A stretch of DNA of 64,000 bases from an uncultured Pseudomonadota bacterium (GCA_963840785.1 CAWJAF010000003.1:430125-494124); one strand, 5' to 3'; counted from the stretch's first letter, positions 20,865 to 32,165 are shown. Numbers and translations: made by a program. Notes: generated by a model not told the origin, from the sequence alone.

Positions 20865-23800
20865 CTAACGTGAAGCGCCAAGATCAGCGACGCGCTGGCG
20901 CAATGCTTCGGTTCTAGGCGATGGACGCACGCCGAGCGTGATTGACAGCACCTCTTTGCAAAGCCGATAAGTTGAATAGGCTTCCGCCGTCTTGCCTTGT
21001 TGTAAATAGCAATTCATCAGGTTGCAGTAGAGATCTTCGCTGAGTGGGTCGATTTCAATTCCGCGTCGATACAGCAACAGCGCGCGTTCCCATGCGCCGT
21101 GTCGTTCTTCGGCCGTTCCAATAGATCCAACAGCATGCAAGAACTTGGCGCGCCAACGCTCGCGCGCCAACAACATCCACGGTTCGTCCGACTCGCCGTC
21201 GAAGGCCGATCCCTTGTACAGTGCGAGGATCACATCGCCTTGCATGATCAGGTCATCGTCATTCATTGCGTCGATGTTTCCGCACAAAATATCTAACGAC
21301 CACGCGTCGACCCAGCAAACTCTTTCGTTCAATCGCAACTTACCTTCAGATATGGTCACGGCATCGTCACGGCGAAATAGTTTGCGTAACCGGTGCAGTG
21401 CCATTCGAAGTGCGCTTTCGCTCGCATCACCATCCGAATCGGGCCAAAGTGCTTCGATCAGTACTATCTGACTCACTTCACGTGGGCCTTTGGCTATGAG
21501 CGCTTTAAGCAACTCAATCGGTTTCTTTTGCGCCTTGTTACCAAATACGAGCGGCGTGCCTTCGACCTCAATTGCAACTTGGCCAAGCACCCGAATTCGG
21601 ACATGCCACGGCCATACGTCAGAAGTTTCGCCCGTTGGGGGCAACAATCGATGAATTTGAATCAGGCGTTGTACATAGTGAGGCTCGATGTTGTACTGCA
21701 ACGCTTGAGCGCAAAGGCGAGCGAGGATATGAGGTGTCAACTGAAATCCATTGGTATATCCATGCGCACGAGCAAGCGCTAGGGCTCGTCCAATCGCGTT
21801 CTGGGCGATTGGTAACATACCAAGCTTGAGTTGGATATTTGCCTCAATGAGTAAATGATGCAATTCGATCTTAGGTGCTACGACATCGCGAACCAGGTTT
21901 CTGGCCGCGGCGAGATGGTCAACGCCTCCGCGGCATTTCCAGATTCGCATAGTGCAGTGGCTACCCAGGCGTGCGCTTCGAATTCGCATGCGCGATGGCC
22001 CGTATCGCGTGCCGAGCGTAGCATTCCTTCCGCGAACGCGAGTGCCCGGGCGTTGTCACGACGGCTTAATGCCATGGGTATGGCAATACTCAGGATATTT
22101 TGCTCTTCTTGTCGTCGGGTTGGATCTAGCGCTTCGACAAATGCGTCGATTTGATCAAGGCTAAATCCATTGGCTTTCGCCTCCATTAGATCGAGCATCC
22201 GCAGCAGCGCATGATTGGGAAGAATCCCTTGTGTAGATGCGATAGTCCGGACTTTCGAGAACAGGTCCTGTGCGTGATCAAATGCGCCTTCGCAATAATA
22301 GTGGTTTGCTTCGGACAACAACCACCATAGCCGATTGAATGGTGTTAGTTCTTTTGCCTGCAAGAGTGGCCGAACATAGCCGATCAGTAAGCGTGATTTT
22401 TCAGGCGCAAACCAATCGTAGTAGGTTACTAACAAACCAGCGGCGGCGACGGATTGGTTAACGTCCAAACCACGGGTAATCAGAGCCTGCACACGGTCGG
22501 CACACGGCGCGAGGAATGGATCGTTTGGGCGCCGGTAAGTTATTGCAATCTGCAACATGGAACAAACATGCAGCTCGGTTTCTGCGGTTGGGAAAACCAC
22601 CTCGGCCTCGAGTAGTTCAATCAAAGCATCGATCCATGGATCGAGGTCATCGAACGCATCAAACTGGAAGTAATAGGTTTGTACAATGGCTGCTGCCGCC
22701 AACGCTTGTCCAAGCGCGTTGCGTTCTGCTAAGAAACGCTGGTAGGCTCGTTCCAATGTCGCGCGCGCCACTGCGGGATCGAGTACGCATTGTGACAGTC
22801 CCAGGCAATACAGCAACCGCGGCGTGACTTGAACGTACCAGGTCGGCAATGCTTGAACCCATCCTCGTAGTGTCTGTGATTGCCCACGGGCCAGCAGTGA
22901 GTTCGCCTCGAGCAAGATCAACCGCGCCGCAGCGACCCAATCGCCCGCGCTCGCGTAGAGCGGGATCGCGTGCGTCGCTTGACCGCGTGCCGCTAAATGC
23001 GCAGCCGCGCGTTGTTGTAATGATCGAAGTTCAATCGCGCCGATTTCCGTTCGCGCGTGGGCGTTGAGAAAACTCTTAAACAAGGCGTGATATCGGTAGG
23101 TTGGTTCGGTACTATTCGTAGCATCCACAAAAAGATGCCTTTGATTTAGCTCAGAAAGCACTTGCCAGGCCGACTTGTCGCCGGTTAGCGCCTCCGCGCT
23201 CTCGCGCGTGATGTGAGGCAGCAAGCTGGTACGTAGCAGGACATTTCTAGTCGCGGCGGGGAACTGCTGAAACACTTCGGTTGCAAGAAAATTAAACAAT
23301 CCGTCGCGGCCTCCAGCCGAAATGCCGGGCATGAGTTGCCCACCACCTCGATAATGCTCAATGAGCATGCGCAAACCAGCGACCCAGCCTGCCGATGTAT
23401 CGTGCAATGCTCGTAGTTGCGTTTCGTCTAGGCCGCTGATTTCGTCGGCGGCTTCTCGCGTCTCGGTAAGATCGAAGCGCAATTCGTTCCAGTCTAGTAT
23501 GCCCATGGTTTGGTGAATCAGTAGCGGCGCCAATTCTGGCGGTGGTTCGCTGCGACTTGTAATGATTAAGCGAACGCCGTCCGGTAGATCGGTAACTGCC
23601 TGATGCACGATAACGCCGATGGACTCGGCATCAAGTGCCAGTAACAATCCATCAATTACCAAAGTCGAACCAGCGCGGATTCGGGCGAAGAATAATGGCC
23701 AAAAGCGACGGCAGAATGCGCGCAAATCTGCGCGATATTCATCGCTTAAGACGGGTAAAGGGTTACGGCGCGACGGTATCGATTCCCCAAGGTTCTGAAA

Positions 23801-24028
23801 AAAAACCGCTGCGTCGGCGTCGCCGATTTCGGAGGTATACCAGATCGTTGGCAAATCGCGTGACTCAAGATAGCTTGCCACTAAGGTGGTCTTGCCGGCT
23901 CCCGGTGGACCGGCAACCCAGAGTAGCGGTCGTTCCCTCCATCGTTCTAACAGTGCGAACAACCGCTCACGGGCGACGATCCCCTTTCGACTCCGCTTGT
24001 TCAACTTCCCGAATGTGCGTCGCGCCAT
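20865..24028 (-). CDS. MalT-like ATP-dependent transcriptional regulator with C-terminal winged helix/BTAD domain (frameshift near 21915)
   Basis: GPPGAGKTT, FLATEVF, YRYHALF, TPR-like region; LWPD..., ALHRLRK, DPLSE BTAD motifs. Confidence 0.85.
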
Positions 24029-24110
24029 TATTGCACCCGCGAGTTTTTGAATGTTGTCTTAGGAGTGTATTGAAATCGTCGTGTTGAGTAAACGGATTAA
24101 TCGATTCGCG

Positions 24111-24679
24111 CTACTTCAGTTTTGCCAGGAACGTTTCCAGCGCTGCATTGAACTTGTCGGGAAACTCATGAAACATCCAGTGTCCGCCCATTTCGACCGT
24201 TTCCGAGTGAGGGGCATGCTTCGCAAGCCACGCCTTTCCGGAGCCGGCTTGGGTGTCGCTCAGCACGTTGAGCACCGGAATTTTGCCGTCGATCATTTTT
24301 GCTTCTGCGGTATAGTCTCCGAAGCAACCGTCCGCAGCCAATAACGTGGCGACATAATTGGGTGTTTTCTGCACTTGATCGAGCAACCAATCGAGTTCCT
24401 CCTTAGTGATTTTCCGTTGCAAAAGATAGGGGCCGAACTCGCTCATCACCGCACGACGATCATAGGCCACGCCATTAATGAAACTCCCCACTTCTGCGGT
24501 ATCGCTGTAGTCGCCCCAGTCACCCTTTTCTGTCCGAATCGATCGCGGCGACTGATCGATACAAACGAACGCCTTGACATTATCCGTGCCATATGACCGA
24601 AAATAGCCGTAGACGTCGTGACATCCCCACGACCAACCAACCACGATTGGATCTTTTAGCTTAAGCGCCTCCATGAAGG
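24111..24679 (-). pseudogene. Alpha/beta hydrolase (non-heme haloperoxidase-like), 3' half; split by IS21
   Basis: VGWSWG; removing the IS and one AAGG restores G-K-D-L-R-A-F-M-E-A in frame with 30592-30900. Confidence 0.88.
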
Positions 24680-24836
24680 TGCGTATTTCACGCCAACGTG
24701 ACCGGTGATTTCACCAAAGCGTGACCGGCTGTTTCACGGCATCGTGACCGCGATTTCACGCCGAGCGTGACCGATGTAGTGGGTGTTGCATGGATAGTTA
24801 AAGGTAGCCTTGCTGCTTTTTTGAAAGCGAGCAGGC

Positions 24837-25603
24837 ATGCCCCAGGACAAACTATCTATGCGCAAAATACGAGACGTACTGCGATACCGCCACAGCACCG
24901 ACCTGAGCCTGTCGGCCATTGCTCGGGCGTTGAACATTTCCAAAGGCGTCGTCGCCAAATACCTCAAGTTATCGGCCGAAGCCGGCTTAGGCTGGCCGTT
25001 GCCCGAGGATTTAGATGACGCCGCCCTTGAGAAGCGCCTATACCAACAACCGACGGCCCGCGTGCCCACGTTTGTCGAACCCGACTACGCCGACGTTCAT
25101 CAGGAACTCAAACGCAAAGGCGTGACCCTGATCCTGCTGTGGGAAGAGTATCGCCAAGGCGCCGGTGATCGCGCGTATCAATACACCGCGTTCTGCACTC
25201 ACTATCGAACCTGGGCTGGCCAGCTCAAACGGTCGATGCGCCAGATTCATCGCGCTGGCGAGAAGTTGTTTGCCGACTATGCCGGTCCGAGCGTCCCGAT
25301 CATCAATGCGGATACCGGGGAAATCCGCCCGGCCAGCATCTTCGTCGCCGTATTGGGCGCATCCAGCTATACCTTTGCTTGCGCCACGACTGGCCAGACG
25401 CAAGCCGATTGGCTAAGTGCACTGGAACGCGCACTGATCTACATCGGCGGCGTCACCGCGCTGATTGTGCCGGACAATCCCCGGGCCTTAGTCACGCACG
25501 CCAACCGTTATGAACCCGAGCTGAATCGAGCCACAGCGGAGTTTGCCGCCCATTACCGCACCGTGATCTTGCCTGCGCGCCCGAGAAAGCCGCAGGACAA
25601 AGC
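24837..25603 (+). pseudogene. istA: istA transposase, 5' part
   Basis: HTH, DYAG, VPDN, RPRKPQDKA, then interrupted. Confidence 0.93.
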
Positions 25604-25610
25604 GTACACT

Positions 25611-27689
25611 TCATAATGCACCTTGTGTAGTTAATGGAACGGCGATAAAAACGGGATACTTTGGTTGACGGCCTCCCTTGCCTTTGACCAACATAACGTT
25701 GCCCACCGGCTCATAGAGACAGCGGTGTTGGTTGCCGTACCGATGTTCGTGCAAGAAGCCGGCATGACCCCATTGATAAATGGTTGTTGGGCACACCGCC
25801 AGTTGATCGGCGAGTTCACGTGCAGACAGCATGCCACGTTCGCGCAAGCGTTCAAAACGGCTCTTCAAATGATACGCCAAGCGAATTACAACGACCTTCT
25901 TAACCGTAAATGACTGCCCGCGCCAATTCTTGTAGCCCTGCTCGTTGAGTTGCTGCGCAACTTGGCGATCGGTACACGTCTCAAGCAGTTCGTCGACCGT
26001 TTTGACCACCGCTGACGGCGTTTTGCGGATCAATGCGATCGGCCTGGGTTTATCGATTTCCAGCGATGCCGTACGTCCGCCGCGAAAGCGCACGTGAATG
26101 GCGATTCGTTCCGCTTTGACCAAGGTCACATCGTCGATCAACAACGCCAGCATACGCTTGCGTTCGACGGACGCGACGCGCTCGTCGTGCCACACACGCG
26201 GGAAATCCTCGGCAAGTTGGCGGATCCGCGCACGCGCATCCTCGCCCAACAACGTCTGATCGGCCTGTTGCAGGCGTTCATGTTCCTGTTGTAATGAATC
26301 AAGCTGGCGAAGGCGTTCGTTCCAGTCGGACTCCAAGGAATCGGCGACCAGCCGGTTGGCGGGGTCCACGCTCATGTAGCGGCGGCGCGCGAGCTCGGCG
26401 TCATAGCGTGCCCGGATCAACTGGGTCGCGCGTTGTGCGCTGGACTGCTCGATGCGACCGGCGATCTCGTCCTCGACCGCCAGCGCCACTTCAATCGCCG
26501 CCGGGGCAACATTCTCCAGCAGCAGTGCACTCACGGCCTGGTCAATGGCGTGGCCGCGCATTGACTGGCACGGCTTATCGGCGCGCCGCACCGCGTTCTC
26601 GGTGCACATGTAGTACGGTTCCAGTTTGTCCGCCACCGCTTGATAACGCACCCGCATGCGTGCGCCGCACAAACCGCATACGACGCGTCCTTGCAATAGG
26701 CCCACGCCTTCACGCGGCATGCTGCCGCGATGACCCAGACCAAATCCGTTGGCATTGTGCGTGAGCGTAGTCTGGTTGCGTTCAAACTCTTCCCATCCGA
26801 TATAACCGGGGTGGGCATCGCGGATCAGCACCAACCAATCTTCGCGAGCGACTTTGAGCGTCGTGTGTTTGTTGGCGCGATGGACACCGCGGGTCCGTCC
26901 GTAGGCGAAGGCGCCTGCATAGCGCGGGTTGTGCAAGATTTGCACGGTACGACAATGCTCCAATGGCCCCCAGAGCACATCACCCTTGCCAATGCCGCGT
27001 CGAATCCGGCGCGGAAACAGCCAGCCTTCGCGACGAAACCGTTTGACCGTGGCGGTGGCTGACGTGCACTGACGGAAGGTGTCGAACAGCAACTGCACGG
27101 CCGCGCGAATCGATTGATCCGGATCGAGCACGACCGATCTATCCAAATGGTAAGCCAGACCGATCGGCAGCGGCACCTCCAATTCGCCGCGGCGGGCCTT
27201 ATTGCGCATGCCCCCTTGCAAGCGCGCCTTGAGCACATGCAGTTCGGCTTCGCTCATCGCGCCTTTCAAGCCGAGCAACAGCCGGTCGTTGAAATACGCC
27301 GGATCGTAGACGCCGTCTTCATCCAGAATCAAGGTTTGCGTCAATGCCGACAGCTCCAGTAAGCGGTGCCAATCGGCATTGTTGCGGGCCAGGCGCGATA
27401 CCTCCAGGCCCAGCACGATACCGGCATGGCCGTTGGCCACTTCCGATACCAAACGCTGAAATCCGTCCCGATCCTGGGCGCTGGCACCCGACAACCCCAA
27501 ATCACTGTCGATGACGTGGATGCGCTCGATCGGCCATCCCATCGACACCGCACGATCGCGTAACGCGTATTGTCGCTTAGTGCTTTCAGTGTTCTCGAGT
27601 ACCTGGCGCAATGAGGACTGGCGGACGTAGAGAAATGCATCGCGTCGAAGATGATCGGCGGTTACCTTCTGGAATCGATCAGCAGACAT
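25611..27689 (-). CDS. Large serine recombinase (resolvase, recombinase and zinc-ribbon domains)
   Basis: YVRQSS catalytic Ser, DLGLSG, VSRLARN, NPRYAG, CGLCG zinc ribbon, coiled coil. Confidence 0.95.
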   Translation of the reverse strand: MSADRFQKVTADHLRRDAFLYVRQSSLRQVLENTESTKRQYALRDRAVSMGWPIERIHVIDSDLGLSGASAQDRDGFQRLVSEVANGHAGIVLGLEVSRLARNNADWHRLLELSALTQTLILDEDGVYDPAYFNDRLLLGLKGAMSEAELHVLKARLQGGMRNKARRGELEVPLPIGLAYHLDRSVVLDPDQSIRAAVQLLFDTFRQCTSATATVKRFRREGWLFPRRIRRGIGKGDVLWGPLEHCRTVQILHNPRYAGAFAYGRTRGVHRANKHTTLKVAREDWLVLIRDAHPGYIGWEEFERNQTTLTHNANGFGLGHRGSMPREGVGLLQGRVVCGLCGARMRVRYQAVADKLEPYYMCTENAVRRADKPCQSMRGHAIDQAVSALLLENVAPAAIEVALAVEDEIAGRIEQSSAQRATQLIRARYDAELARRRYMSVDPANRLVADSLESDWNERLRQLDSLQQEHERLQQADQTLLGEDARARIRQLAEDFPRVWHDERVASVERKRMLALLIDDVTLVKAERIAIHVRFRGGRTASLEIDKPRPIALIRKTPSAVVKTVDELLETCTDRQVAQQLNEQGYKNWRGQSFTVKKVVVIRLAYHLKSRFERLRERGMLSARELADQLAVCPTTIYQWGHAGFLHEHRYGNQHRCLYEPVGNVMLVKGKGGRQPKYPVFIAVPLTTQGAL

Positions 27690-27961
27690 GGGTGAGCTCC
27701 GAATGGGTATGCAACACGAGATTGGCGATCAGGCGGACGAACTCGCTATCGCGACCGGGCACTGGGTGGGCGGGAACCGGCGAGTTCGTGCGGCGGGGCG
27801 GCCGGCGGGTTGAGCAACATCGCCAGTCCTTGCCACATGCCGTGGAACCGAAGCGCCGTTAATTCTTCGCGGCCGCCTTGCCCGAGCAGGCATGCTGAGC
27901 GCAAGGCTTCGTAGCGCGCTACGGCGTCGGACGACCGGCACGCTGGAACCGTTTCTTCTAC
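27679..27961 (-). CDS. Small accessory protein of the LSR element (frameshift near 27770)
   Basis: ARYEALR...GMWQGL continuing in another frame as DSEFVRLIANLVL...THVC*, overlapping the LSR start. Confidence 0.5.
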
Positions 27962-28410
27962 GGTTTTTTTTTGCGCGCGATCGCGCGTTCGATACTGCGA
28001 GGGTGAACTGACAGACCCCATGTGGATTCGATCTCGTGCGCCAACGCGCGCGCAGGAATCGATCCATCGCTTGGTAGTCGCTGTTCGATAAAGTGCATGA
28101 GCGCGTCGGTGAGTTTGTGCGCCCCTTTGGGGCCGCGTTGCTTGGGCAATAGACCGGCGAGCCCCTCGCGGGCGAATGCCGCTTCGGCCTGATACAAGGT
28201 GGGACGCGATAGGCCAAATAGGAAGGCCGCATCGGCTTTGGAGGCGCCGTCGATACGCACGTGGCGCAGCATTTCGTACTTCGTCTGCAGCAAATCGTGG
28301 GCATCGAAGAACTCGCCCGATTGAAACCACGGTGCGCGAACCCGCTTGGGTTGCGCATTGAGTAATCCTTGGCGGCGTAAGCGTTCGAGCTTGGGATCCG
28401 GTTTCGTCAC
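27958..28410 (-). CDS. Helix-turn-helix protein of the LSR element
   Basis: FFDAHDLLQTKYEMLR, FGLSRPTLYQ, GLLPKQRGPKGAHKL, VHPRSIER. Confidence 0.85.
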   Translation of the reverse strand: MTKPDPKLERLRRQGLLNAQPKRVRAPWFQSGEFFDAHDLLQTKYEMLRHVRIDGASKADAAFLFGLSRPTLYQAEAAFAREGLAGLLPKQRGPKGAHKLTDALMHFIEQRLPSDGSIPARALAHEIESTWGLSVHPRSIERAIARKKKP

Positions 28411-28441
28411 GCTGACGATTCCTGCGGTAGCGATGTAATAC

Positions 28442-28470
28442 TAAATACGCCGCACAATAAGAAATGTCAA
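28442..28470 (-). promoter_or_regulatory. Sigma70-like promoter for the HTH-small ORF-LSR operon
   Basis: Minus strand TTGACA-17 nt-TATTTA upstream of the HTH gene. Confidence 0.6.
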
Positions 28471-28586
28471 GATAAATAATTGTTTCATTTATCGAGATCA
28501 ATCGTACAGTTACAGCGAAACGCAAGAGCAGAAGAGCAATGTGCGCAATACAAGCGGCAAAGTTATCTTTACAAATGCGGCATAAT

Positions 28587-28877
28587 TTATTTAACATCCC
28601 GGCCTCCGCTCAGCTCATCGATCAGCGCACACAATCGACGCAAATCATCGGTGCGAAAGCAAGACCGACCGGCCGACGCCTGCGCAAACAGATCCCACTC
28701 GGGAACATCGGTCCACGATGCCAATATCGAGCACAGGCGCTCATTTGCGTCGTAGTACATGACCCGATCCTCGCCCCAATTCTGGCGGCGCGTCATGAGT
28801 ACGAAACGCTGTCCTCGCTTGGGATGGAATGGATGGGTGATCTCAAACGTAGGGATTATCGATGTACTGCTGTCCAC
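28587..28877 (-). CDS. DUF5372 (Y4bD-like) protein; real start probably formed only in the circular form
   Basis: ITHPFHP..G..F, WGEDRV, SWTD, FR..DL..L motifs. Confidence 0.75.
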   Translation of the reverse strand: MDSSTSIIPTFEITHPFHPKRGQRFVLMTRRQNWGEDRVMYYDANERLCSILASWTDVPEWDLFAQASAGRSCFRTDDLRRLCALIDELSGGRDVK

Positions 28878-28908
28878 ATGACAGGCAGTTGATGACTTGC
28901 GAGAAAGC

Positions 28909-29686
28909 CAAAGTCGAGTCGGGCGTGCAAGTGGTGGAACGCTGGATTCTGGCGCGACTGCGTCATTGGCAATTCTTCTCGGTGGCCGAACTGGACGCCG
29001 CCGTGGCGCAACTCCTGCCGGCGCTGAACGAGCGCGCGTTCAAGAAACTGCCCGGTAGTCGATGCGACGCCTTTGCCCGGCTCGATGCACCGTACCTGCG
29101 CCCGTTACCTGCTACCCGGTTTGTTCTAGCCGATTGGAAACGTGCAACCGTCAACATCGACTACCACGTCGAATTCGATGACCACTATTACAGCGTGCCT
29201 CACGCACTGGTGCGCCAGGAAGTGGAATTGCGCATTACGCGCGGCACCATCGAGATCCTTGCCCGTGGCCGTCGCATCACCAGCCATGCGCGCAGCTACC
29301 ACAAAGGCACCTTCTCAACGATTCCCGAACATATGCCGGCCGCACACCGAGCACACGCTCAGTGGTCGCCCGGCAAATTGATGAATTGGGCGGCTACGGT
29401 GGGCCCGGCGACGGGTGAATTGGTAAAGCGATTGCTTATCGAGAAGCAACACCCCGAGCAAGGTTACCGATCGTGCCTCGGGTTGATGCGGCTGGCACGA
29501 ACCTACGGTCGCGAACGTATGGAAGCCGCCTGTACGCGCGCGCTGACCATTGGTACGCATCGCTATCGCTCGGTGGCCTCGATTTTAAAGAAAGGGCTGG
29601 ATCGCCAGCCCATCATTCCGCCGGCGCAAGCCGAACTGCCTTTACCGAGCCACGCCAATGTGCGCGGTCCGGATTATTACCACTAA
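28909..29686 (+). pseudogene. istA: istA transposase, 3' part
   Basis: [37 protein letters not shown]. Confidence 0.93.
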
Positions 29687-29704
29687 CCCAAGGAGAGACT
29701 CACG

Positions 29705-30439
29705 ATGTTGATCGAACAAACGTTACAAACCTTAAAAGCATTACGCTTGCCCGGCATGGCTACGGCATTCGAGGAGCAGCAGACCGTCGCAGCTTCAGCG
29801 AGCCTGTCGTTCGATGAACGCTTCGCGATGTTGGTCGACCGGGAATTAACCTGGCGCGATAATCGCCGCCTCGCCCGCTTGCTGCGTGAGGCGAAACTCA
29901 AATCATCGCAAGCGTGTGTGGAAGATATTCGTTATGGCGGCAAACGTAAATTGGATAAAGGGCTGATGGCGCAGTTGGCCAGTTGCCAATGGATTCGGGC
30001 GCATCAGAATGTGATCCTCACCGGCGCAACGGGCTGCGGTAAAACGTGGCTGGCGTGCGCACTGGGTAACGCGGCGTGTCGTCAGGGATTATCGGTTGCC
30101 TATGTGCGCACGCCGCGTTTGTTTGAGGAACTGCGGATCGCGCATGGCGATGGTAGCTTCGGCAAGCGTCTGGTGAGTTTGGCCAAGACGGATCTGTTGA
30201 TTCTCGACGATTGGGGCTTGGCGCCGCTCAACCAGGGCGAACGTAATGATTTGTTGGAGGTGCTCGATGATCGTGTCGGTACGCGTTCGACGCTGATTAC
30301 CAGCCAACTGGCGGTGAGCAACTGGCATGTGTACTTGAACGATCCGACGTTGGCCGATGCGATCCTGGATCGCGTGCTGCATGCAGCGCATAAAGTGCCG
30401 CTCTCGGGCGAATCGCAACGCAAGCCGGAAACGCTGTAA
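29705..30439 (+). CDS. istB: IstB AAA+ helper ATPase
   Basis: [23 protein letters not shown]. Confidence 0.95.
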   Translation: MLIEQTLQTLKALRLPGMATAFEEQQTVAASASLSFDERFAMLVDRELTWRDNRRLARLLREAKLKSSQACVEDIRYGGKRKLDKGLMAQLASCQWIRAHQNVILTGATGCGKTWLACALGNAACRQGLSVAYVRTPRLFEELRIAHGDGSFGKRLVSLAKTDLLILDDWGLAPLNQGERNDLLEVLDDRVGTRSTLITSQLAVSNWHVYLNDPTLADAILDRVLHAAHKVPLSGESQRKPETL

Positions 30440-30591
30440 TGCGCGCCGTCATGACTTGCGTTTCACGCCATCGTGACCGCGATTTCACCGACAGCGTGAC
30501 CGATTGAGGTAAACTAAAACCCTATCCATGCAGCCTCCTCGCATCGGTCACGCTCACGCGAAACGAGCGGTCACTTTCCGCGAAATACGCA

Positions 30592-30900
30592 AAGGCGCGC
30601 AAATCTTTGCCATGCTGAATGTATGTGTGTCCCTCTAGCGTCTTGCTCGAACGGCCTTGGCTTCTTGGGTCATAGGCAAGTACGCGGTATTTTTTGGAGA
30701 AGTGAGAAATTTGATCTGGGGCAAAAAAACTCCTGCGTTCCCGTCCAACCCGTCACGAAGATCAACGGCCTACCGCTGCCCGCCTCTTCGTAGAAGAGCT
30801 CTAAATCCGGACTCACGCGGACATACTCGCCAGCCAACGCGGTTGTCGAATACGAAACGCAGAACAATAGTGTCAAAAAGAGATTGCGTATGGTTTTCAT
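30592..30900 (-). pseudogene. Alpha/beta hydrolase, 5' half (exported); split by IS21
   Basis: Signal peptide, YEEAGSGRPLIFVTGW, DPRSQGRS; additional frameshift near 30710. Confidence 0.8.
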
Positions 30901-31413
30901 GATCGTCGCCTCCTGGGTTTGTGAAAATTGGCATTCAAATGAATGCGCTAGCCAGGATAGACGTCGTTGCGCAACGGATCTGTAACCGATTGCGAATTAT
31001 TGTGGAATTTCAAGCCAACGCGAATTGGCGCCGCGATAGTTCTGAAGAAATTCTAGCGGGACAGGAAAATTCGCAAGCATTAGGGGCGCATACACCGTTA
31101 CCGTTCATATCGATCCGAGGGGTGGTGCTACCACTGAAACTTCGGAGATAGATTATTAGAGATGACATTGCCCTCTACCAGTCGATGAGAGTCTGCTTAT
31201 CCTTTACCGATTAAACCGTTCGACTATCAGGTAACCGGATACTCGAACTTCCAACAGATTTTTGAGCGGCGGGTTCTCGACCGCAATCGGTCGCTCAGTT
31301 GGAAAACTCCTACTACCGCTTTGGGTCGTCGGTGCAATGTCGCAGTAATATTTTGAATGGCGGTTGCTCTATCCATTGCGGACTATTCTCGTCGAACAAC
31401 TCAGCATTTGGAT

Positions 31414-32055
31414 TTATTTCGGCGCTGGCGCCGAAATAAACTTATTCACCGATACCGGTGCGAAAAACGTCACGGCTTCGTCAGTTGTTGCGTTGAGCCA
31501 ATCGTCAAAGGAGTCCGGCTCAATCACGACAACCGAGCGCTTTTCATCGTTGGCCGGATGAAACTTTCCCATGATCGGATGGGAATTGGCGTTGACGGTC
31601 AATAGGCTAAACGATGGAATCCACTCTCCATTCGGGTTCTTCCAATACTCGTAAATCGCCGCGACGCCAAAGGGTTTTTGATCTTGCAGCTCAATGCGCC
31701 ACCGAATGGGTTTACCGGTTTCGTAGTTGGGTTCGTAAAACCGATCCATCGGGACGATGCAGTATTGGCGTTTACGCCAAGCATTTCGAAACGTCGGTTT
31801 CTCGAATACCGTTTCAGTCCGCGCGTTATACGTCGATCGATAATTCTTGCCGTCCTTCGACCAAGTCGGAATCAATCCGAATGTGGCGGCGATACATTCT
31901 TTACGCTTGCTTCCTTGATCGTCTTCTCTGGCCAGACGAATGATCGGCGCTTGGTAACCCGGGTAAGCTTCTTCGCGAAATTCGATGTCGGGGGCTGACG
32001 CACCAAAATAATCATCGATCAATTCCCGGCTGGTCGGGCGGTAATTTGTGCACAT
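31414..32055 (-). CDS. SOS response-associated peptidase (SRAP/YedK/HMCES family)
   Basis: N-terminal MC, YNARTET, FYEP, H...EKR motifs. Confidence 0.9.
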   Translation of the reverse strand: MCTNYRPTSRELIDDYFGASAPDIEFREEAYPGYQAPIIRLAREDDQGSKRKECIAATFGLIPTWSKDGKNYRSTYNARTETVFEKPTFRNAWRKRQYCIVPMDRFYEPNYETGKPIRWRIELQDQKPFGVAAIYEYWKNPNGEWIPSFSLLTVNANSHPIMGKFHPANDEKRSVVVIEPDSFDDWLNATTDEAVTFFAPVSVNKFISAPAPK

Positions 32056-32136
32056 GGTTTGAGTTTGTTTGAAACGATATGCCTATCTTAACGAATTGAT
32101 TTGGACCCGCCAACGCGTGCAATGGCAGGGACACGG

Positions 32137-32165
32137 TTGACTACGAACGATCGTTCGGATAGATT
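32137..32165 (+). promoter_or_regulatory. Promoter with GAAC-N4-GTTC LexA operator in the spacer
   Basis: TTGACT-17 nt-TAGATT; perfect palindrome CGAACGATCGTTCG at 32144-32157. Confidence 0.75.

Larger units (their letters stand above)
25604..28908 (-). mobile_element. Large-serine-recombinase element without terminal IRs (3305 bp)
   Basis: AAAGC at both junctions (25599-25603 and 28904-28908); removal restores istA ...[12 protein letters not shown]... Confidence 0.9.
24680..30591 (+). mobile_element. IS21-family element (~2.6 kb) carrying a nested 3.3-kb insertion
   Basis: Ends TGCGTATTTC...GAAATACGCA; AAGG duplication at 24676-24679 and 30592-30595; several ATTTCAC-N5-CGTGACCG subterminal repeats; istA and istB. 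Confidence 0.95.

Noticed and set aside
24680-24776. CRISPR-like or iteron array (also 30449-30591)
   Set aside because: These are IS21 subterminal transposase-binding repeats with no unique spacers and no cas or rep gene.
27729-28597. Long alternative ORFs of 283 aa and 209 aa in the LSR element
   Set aside because: Shadow frames over the HTH gene and promoter; only the 3' part of the 283-aa frame looks coding.
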